A stretch of 64,000 nt of DNA from an uncultured virus (IMG/VR IMGVR_UViG_3300042433_000193). Lineage: Duplodnaviria > Heunggongvirae > Uroviricota > Caudoviricetes. The stretch is from the IMG/VR virus record IMGVR_UViG_3300042433_000193. One strand, written 5' to 3'. Every line of letters begins with the position of its first letter. The first letter of the stretch is position 1. A program made the position numbers and the translations under genes. The notes below the pieces were generated by a model. It searched no databases and was not told where the DNA came from. It saw nothing but the letters and a program-made list of their open reading frames with translations. Below are positions 59,109 through 64,000 of the stretch, piece by piece.

Positions 59109-60347
59109 ATGAACACCTTACAAACTAAATTAGCTCGATTGGAATCTCAACTTAAGATTACAAAAGGCAATCGTGCCAAAGCTAAGATTGTTATAGAAAT
59201 TCTAAAAGTAGAATCAGCTATTGAGCAATTCAATCTAGAGCAAAAAGAAATTACCCTAACACGGGAACAACAAAGATCATTAAACGCACTGACAGGAGGA
59301 CAATTTATTTTTCAATTATTAACAGAAGAATCTAAAAAACAGTTATTAGAGATTGTTAGCAAATTAGAAGACTTAGAACGTGAAGAATATCGAGATAAGT
59401 GTACTGGGAAGGGACTCTGGAAAAGACTTAGCGAAGCTTCTATAAAAAGATCGGAGAAAAGATCAAATAAATACAGACTTTTAAGAGAAAAAGTTAGTAA
59501 ATTAGAATTAATTCAAGAGAAACCAGCAGAAATCAAAAATATAACTGTTAAAATCCCTGTTAGTGTTTCTACCCTTAAAAAACACTGCAAAGTACCATCT
59601 CCTGAACGGACAGACAAAGAAATTATTGACGGATGGAAGTATTCTTTAGCTGCCCAATCAATGCAAAGAGACTTTAGAACACAAAAAGATATTCAATGGG
59701 GGGATCGCCATCTCCTTCTACAGGTAGTTTACTGGGTTGATCAATACCAACAAGAAATGGATAAAAGGGGATTAACAGAAAAATACTGTCTATGGATCGA
59801 GAAAAAACAAGCATTTAAAGACGAGTTTTATCGAAAACCAGAAAAGACAATTAATAAATCTAAGGATACTCAAATCAATATAACCGAAACTCAAGCAATT
59901 GAACTCAGAGCCAAACAATTAGAATTAAATCTTTTTGGTGAGATGCCATGCGTAAATAAGTTTCAAGAAGTAATCGATAACACAAAATTTACCGAACAGA
60001 CCATATCTATTCTAAACAGAGAAGGTAAAACTAGAGAAGTAAAAGGAGAAGCTTTGGGCGATTATCTAATTTCTGCGGGAGGAAATGACGCTTACTACAT
60101 TTATCACATCCCAACAGGATTAGAAATAATGTCTAGTGTAGGATTTAAAACTAGAAACCCAGTTAAGTATGAAAATCTAAGCGAAAAAGAAGCGGCTAGG
60201 TTAGCTGTCAAAAAGTTAGTTGCCGCTAACATTGACATTCCAGGTTCTTACTTAGAATGGAATAAGTCTAGCGCAATTGAAAAAGCAAAAATAGGACAAA
60301 ACATCATAGATGCTTTTGATGACAAGATTAAGGCTAAAGCTTCATGA
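59109..60347 (+). CDS. Hypothetical multidomain protein
   Basis: 412-aa ORF behind the repeated promoter. Confidence 0.75.
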   Translation: MNTLQTKLARLESQLKITKGNRAKAKIVIEILKVESAIEQFNLEQKEITLTREQQRSLNALTGGQFIFQLLTEESKKQLLEIVSKLEDLEREEYRDKCTGKGLWKRLSEASIKRSEKRSNKYRLLREKVSKLELIQEKPAEIKNITVKIPVSVSTLKKHCKVPSPERTDKEIIDGWKYSLAAQSMQRDFRTQKDIQWGDRHLLLQVVYWVDQYQQEMDKRGLTEKYCLWIEKKQAFKDEFYRKPEKTINKSKDTQINITETQAIELRAKQLELNLFGEMPCVNKFQEVIDNTKFTEQTISILNREGKTREVKGEALGDYLISAGGNDAYYIYHIPTGLEIMSSVGFKTRNPVKYENLSEKEAARLAVKKLVAANIDIPGSYLEWNKSSAIEKAKIGQNIIDAFDDKIKAKAS

Positions 60348-60502
60348 GTACACTTATCGCTTAGTCAGCAATAAAAAACACTTAGCTTAGTTAAGCGTTT
60401 TTTATTAGTACATCTGCTCAGAAAAGATTCTCCCAGATAGTTGACATTATTGGGAGAACGATCCACAATAGAAAGTAACCAAAACACGGAAAAGTAACAA
60501 TC

Positions 60503-60886
60503 ATGAACACAGAACAAACTATTAAAAAGTTTAAAGCCAGTAAACTTCGTATTTACGAAGATGGTTACATCGGTCCCCACGGATGGTACTGGAGAAGTCA
60601 CACAATTGCTAGTTTTATAGCAAAAGCTATTCAGACAAAACACAGTCATAATATGACTGACGTTCTAAATTACACCACTATCTATGTCTCAGAGCTAGTT
60701 AAGGTTCCTGCGGGGGGTTTAGCTTGCGGATGTCATGACACACTCTACAGCGTGACGGCTTTAGTTGATTTGTCCCTAGAGTTGCCGACGGAAAAAGAGA
60801 TATACGCCGCTTACAAACACACTAACGCCCATTTCAGCGGCGTAGAAGCTATAAAAGGCGGTTATCACTTTTATAGCATTTGGTAA
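60503..60886 (+). CDS. Hypothetical protein
   Basis: 127-aa ORF behind the repeated promoter. Confidence 0.7.
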   Translation: MNTEQTIKKFKASKLRIYEDGYIGPHGWYWRSHTIASFIAKAIQTKHSHNMTDVLNYTTIYVSELVKVPAGGLACGCHDTLYSVTALVDLSLELPTEKEIYAAYKHTNAHFSGVEAIKGGYHFYSIW

Positions 60887-60948
60887 TAACCAACTAAGTC
60901 AAAACGGAGATAATTCCCCGTTTTATATTAACACTAACAAAAACCACT

Positions 60949-61329
60949 ATGATCTTAATCTTGTCTCTTAAATTAGAAGATTTTGAGGTTTTAAAATCTT
61001 CTATTCAGAAAATCGACAACATTGACACTAACTTGAGTCTTGTTAAGCTACAAGATTACTCTTTATCGGGCATAGGTTTGACAAGAGTAGCTTTAATCTG
61101 CGATAAACCTCCTCAGATAATTGCAAAAAAAGGAATCAATACAGAAACAGAAGCAGTTATCCCTGAAACTAAATACTGCGTTGCCTGCTTAGTTTTGGGT
61201 AAATTTACGGCACTTAATGCCCGAAACAATTCTGGGTATTGTTTAGAACATCGAGAACTTGATCCTAAGCGGAAACAGGATCAACACCAACGTTACAAAC
61301 AAAGACGTAGTACAAATGCTCAGAAATAA
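60949..61329 (+). CDS. Hypothetical protein with Zn-finger-like C-terminus
   Basis: YCVAC...SGYCLEHR. Confidence 0.6.
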   Translation: MILILSLKLEDFEVLKSSIQKIDNIDTNLSLVKLQDYSLSGIGLTRVALICDKPPQIIAKKGINTETEAVIPETKYCVACLVLGKFTALNARNNSGYCLEHRELDPKRKQDQHQRYKQRRSTNAQK

Positions 61330-61406
61330 TTCTCCCACCTACTTGACTTTATTGGGAGAATTTTGTAAGATAAGACTAGGCAAACAAACACACGAGGACA
61401 AAAAAA

Positions 61407-62483
61407 ATGACTTCTATCGAACTTTACGAAAGAGATACGCTTATCAGGCTTTTCCAAAGCACCCTCAATCAAATTAACCAAGAGTGTTTCGGAGAAAAAT
61501 TGTCAGTCACCGATAACGGTGATTATGTTACGGTCAAAACGCAAGGGTTATTCGTTGCAAATTATGACATCCAAAAGCTTTGGGACGCACTAGAAAACTA
61601 TGATCAAGATGACTGTGTTAAATTTGATAATTTGTGGGATTCTCTTGATAATTGCAAATACACCCTTCCAGAAAATCAGGAAACTGAAAATGGGTTAAAG
61701 ACCGATGATGAGTTATCTTTCTCTGAAAAAAGACAGGTTGCGCTCGTTCATTGGTTGTTTGATGAACCTGACTTAGAATACCAAGAGTTTAATAAAACAT
61801 GGATTGAAAAGGAAAACTTAAAGCGGGAAAATTTTGAATTGACTCAATCTATTCAAGAGATGCATAATCTCAGACAGCGTGAGACTAAAGAAGTATCTGA
61901 GATTATTAACCACTTGACGGCTTGTATTCATGAATTAAAACAGGCCAAAGAGTTCAATGAAGCATGGATTAAAAACTTAAAGCAACGAATACATGATCTT
62001 GAATGCACAGTTTTTCTACTGCAAAGAGAAACAAATCAAATAACAGTTCTAAACGAATCTGTTACTGAATTACATACTCGTATTTATCAACTTGAACAGG
62101 AAAATAAGCAACTAAAAACCAATCAACCAGAAACCAAACCAGAACCTAAGCTAGATAAAAAACCGATGGCTAAAAAGCCTAAGTTTAAACTGCCAGAAAA
62201 CTTTGCTGACTACCAGCAAGAGTGCAACGACTTAATTGATGCCTTATCCTGTTTTTACAATATCAAAAAAGGTAAATGGGGAAAAGACATTCTCCAGTTT
62301 ATTCTTACTCCCAACGATACCGAAAAAGCAAAGCATCCATATCCTGACAAGTGGAAAGCAGGACTATATTTACATGGACAGTGGACAGTCGATAAAGTCA
62401 ATCTATCCGACCCTGATGGATGGGAAGACTGGTTCATGAATGTCAACGACTTCGCTGACGCTAACGACATAGAGATTAGTTAG
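61407..62483 (+). CDS. Hypothetical coiled-coil protein
   Basis: 358-aa ORF behind the repeated promoter, GAGG RBS. Confidence 0.75.
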   Translation: MTSIELYERDTLIRLFQSTLNQINQECFGEKLSVTDNGDYVTVKTQGLFVANYDIQKLWDALENYDQDDCVKFDNLWDSLDNCKYTLPENQETENGLKTDDELSFSEKRQVALVHWLFDEPDLEYQEFNKTWIEKENLKRENFELTQSIQEMHNLRQRETKEVSEIINHLTACIHELKQAKEFNEAWIKNLKQRIHDLECTVFLLQRETNQITVLNESVTELHTRIYQLEQENKQLKTNQPETKPEPKLDKKPMAKKPKFKLPENFADYQQECNDLIDALSCFYNIKKGKWGKDILQFILTPNDTEKAKHPYPDKWKAGLYLHGQWTVDKVNLSDPDGWEDWFMNVNDFADANDIEIS

Positions 62484-62958
62484 TTTCTAGTTATTAGTTA
62501 TCAGTAGTACAAACGTTCAAAAATAGTTTTCCCACACACTTGACTTTATTGGGAGAATGATCCACAATAGAAAGTAACCAAAACACACGAGGTACTAAGT
62601 CATGTCTAACGATAAACAACCAATCGAAACAACACAAATTCCTAAAATTAAAAAAGCTCAAATTTTCTGCAAAGAGATTGAGTTATTTGCTCAATCTTTA
62701 AATCAGAAAGCACAAACAGTGCTGGACAAGTATCCGACGCTGTAATCAGTTGTCAGTTATCAGTTGTCATCTGTCAAAAAGTGTGTGATTGCTTTATTGG
62801 CTTGATTTTCCGAGATTTTTGGCAGTTCTGCGATCAGTGTAACCATGAGTAAATCTACGAACTACAAAAAGATAATAAAAAAGTTTGACAAACTACTTGA
62901 CACGAAAACATATCCCTGTTATATTGGGTATATACCAAAACACACAAAGGAGTTCAAC

Positions 62959-63270
62959 ATGGCTACCATCGACAAAATTGATTCTCAACTTGCTGACTTA
63001 CAGTCTGAAATAGACTACTTAAAATCTCAAATTGAGATTTTTCAAGCCAAGCTATCTGATCTAGAACACCTTAAAGCGCAAAAAGAAGCGCAAAAAGAAA
63101 GAGTTCAAGACAAAACCTCAAAAGTATTGACAGAAGCAGAGTCACTAAATGTAGAGATTCCTTCAAAAGAAGAATTTGAAAAAGTCTATTATCATATTCC
63201 TTATTATCAGGGCGGACTAATCGATCAAGAAATTTGGAAGAGGCTATTGCTGAGGATCAAAAAACCATAG
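62959..63270 (+). CDS. Hypothetical coiled-coil protein
   Basis: Probable start MATIDK at 62959 after AAGGAG. Confidence 0.6.
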   Translation: MATIDKIDSQLADLQSEIDYLKSQIEIFQAKLSDLEHLKAQKEAQKERVQDKTSKVLTEAESLNVEIPSKEEFEKVYYHIPYYQGGLIDQEIWKRLLLRIKKP

Positions 63271-63401
63271 CACTTAAAGCTATGTCTGTTATGTATTTTG
63301 GCTAGTCTCATCGGGGTTTAAAAATATTTCTTAACCCACTTGACATACAAACATATACCTGTTATATTGGTTATATGCCAACAAACACAAAAGAGGTTAC
63401 G

Positions 63402-64000
63402 ATGAAATTTAACAGACAAGCACCTGGTCACTACGTTGCAGTAGCAGAAAAAGTTGAAATTAAAAAAGGTATTGGTGTCGATAAAGATAAATGGTTTTGC
63501 TATTTTCCTGATGATAAAGTATCTTACCGCCGTAGCTATGAAGCGGCTAAGGCTTGGTCAGAAAAATATATGAAAAAACTACAGACATACAATGTCACAG
63601 TCAATCAAGTTAAGACTGTCAAAAAACAAGCGACGACCAGTAAAGAGCAGTCTTTACAACACAAGCTATCTCGCCACCTAAGTTATGTGGTAGGAGCGGA
63701 ATCGTTAGGCTGTGTCAATACTGGACGCGCCGCTTGTATAGCACATTTATCTGTTAACGGAAAATCCTTTTATGTAGTCGGTTTTGAAGGTGCTGTTACT
63801 GATACCATTTTCGAGAAAATTATCTTTAAAATTAAAAAAGATTTACAATCTGGTTTATTCCAAGATTGCTATCAGACCGAAGCATGGGGTAGCGTTTCAG
63901 TTTTTAAAAGTTTCAAAGAAGCCGAAAAAGCCTATCGCAAAATGGATGACAAAACAAGAAAACAGAACGAGGAAGATCGTCAAGCAATAGCAGAAGCAAA
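63402..64000 (+). CDS. Hypothetical protein, partial (runs off window)
   Basis: ATG at 63402 after AGAGG; MKFNRQAPGHYVAVAEKVEIKKG... appears open to the window end. Confidence 0.6.
   Translation, partial: MKFNRQAPGHYVAVAEKVEIKKGIGVDKDKWFCYFPDDKVSYRRSYEAAKAWSEKYMKKLQTYNVTVNQVKTVKKQATTSKEQSLQHKLSRHLSYVVGAESLGCVNTGRAACIAHLSVNGKSFYVVGFEGAVTDTIFEKIIFKIKKDLQSGLFQDCYQTEAWGSVSVFKSFKEAEKAYRKMDDKTRKQNEEDRQAIAEA

Overview
AT-rich 64 kb segment of a cyanobacterial phage or prophage; the nblA gene, cyanobacterial-type thyA and TTATCAG heptamer repeats suggest a Microcystis-like host. It carries replication and lysogeny functions (primase, SF2 helicase, ParB-like proteins, a divergent repressor/RHH switch), GTA-like tail genes, lysis genes, a head module (portal, MuF-like, protease, capsid), nucleotide metabolism (thyA, nrdA, nrdB), two DNA methyltransferases and an intein-containing terminase. 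No integrase or parA was recognised in the window. The most unusual content is non-coding. (1) A tnpA-less, catalytically intact TnpB is followed by a repeat-spacer-repeat mini-array, with a matching anti-repeat inside its own 3' coding region, resembling a tracrRNA/crRNA-split TnpB-to-Cas12 intermediate. (2) A degenerate type I-D-like repeat-short spacer-repeat unit is a candidate RNA anti-CRISPR. (3) A 198-nt tRNA/tmRNA-like RNA. (4) A type II hammerhead ribozyme. (5) A ~190-nt stem-closed RNA with two identical hairpins. All product calls come from motif recognition by eye; no database searches were run.
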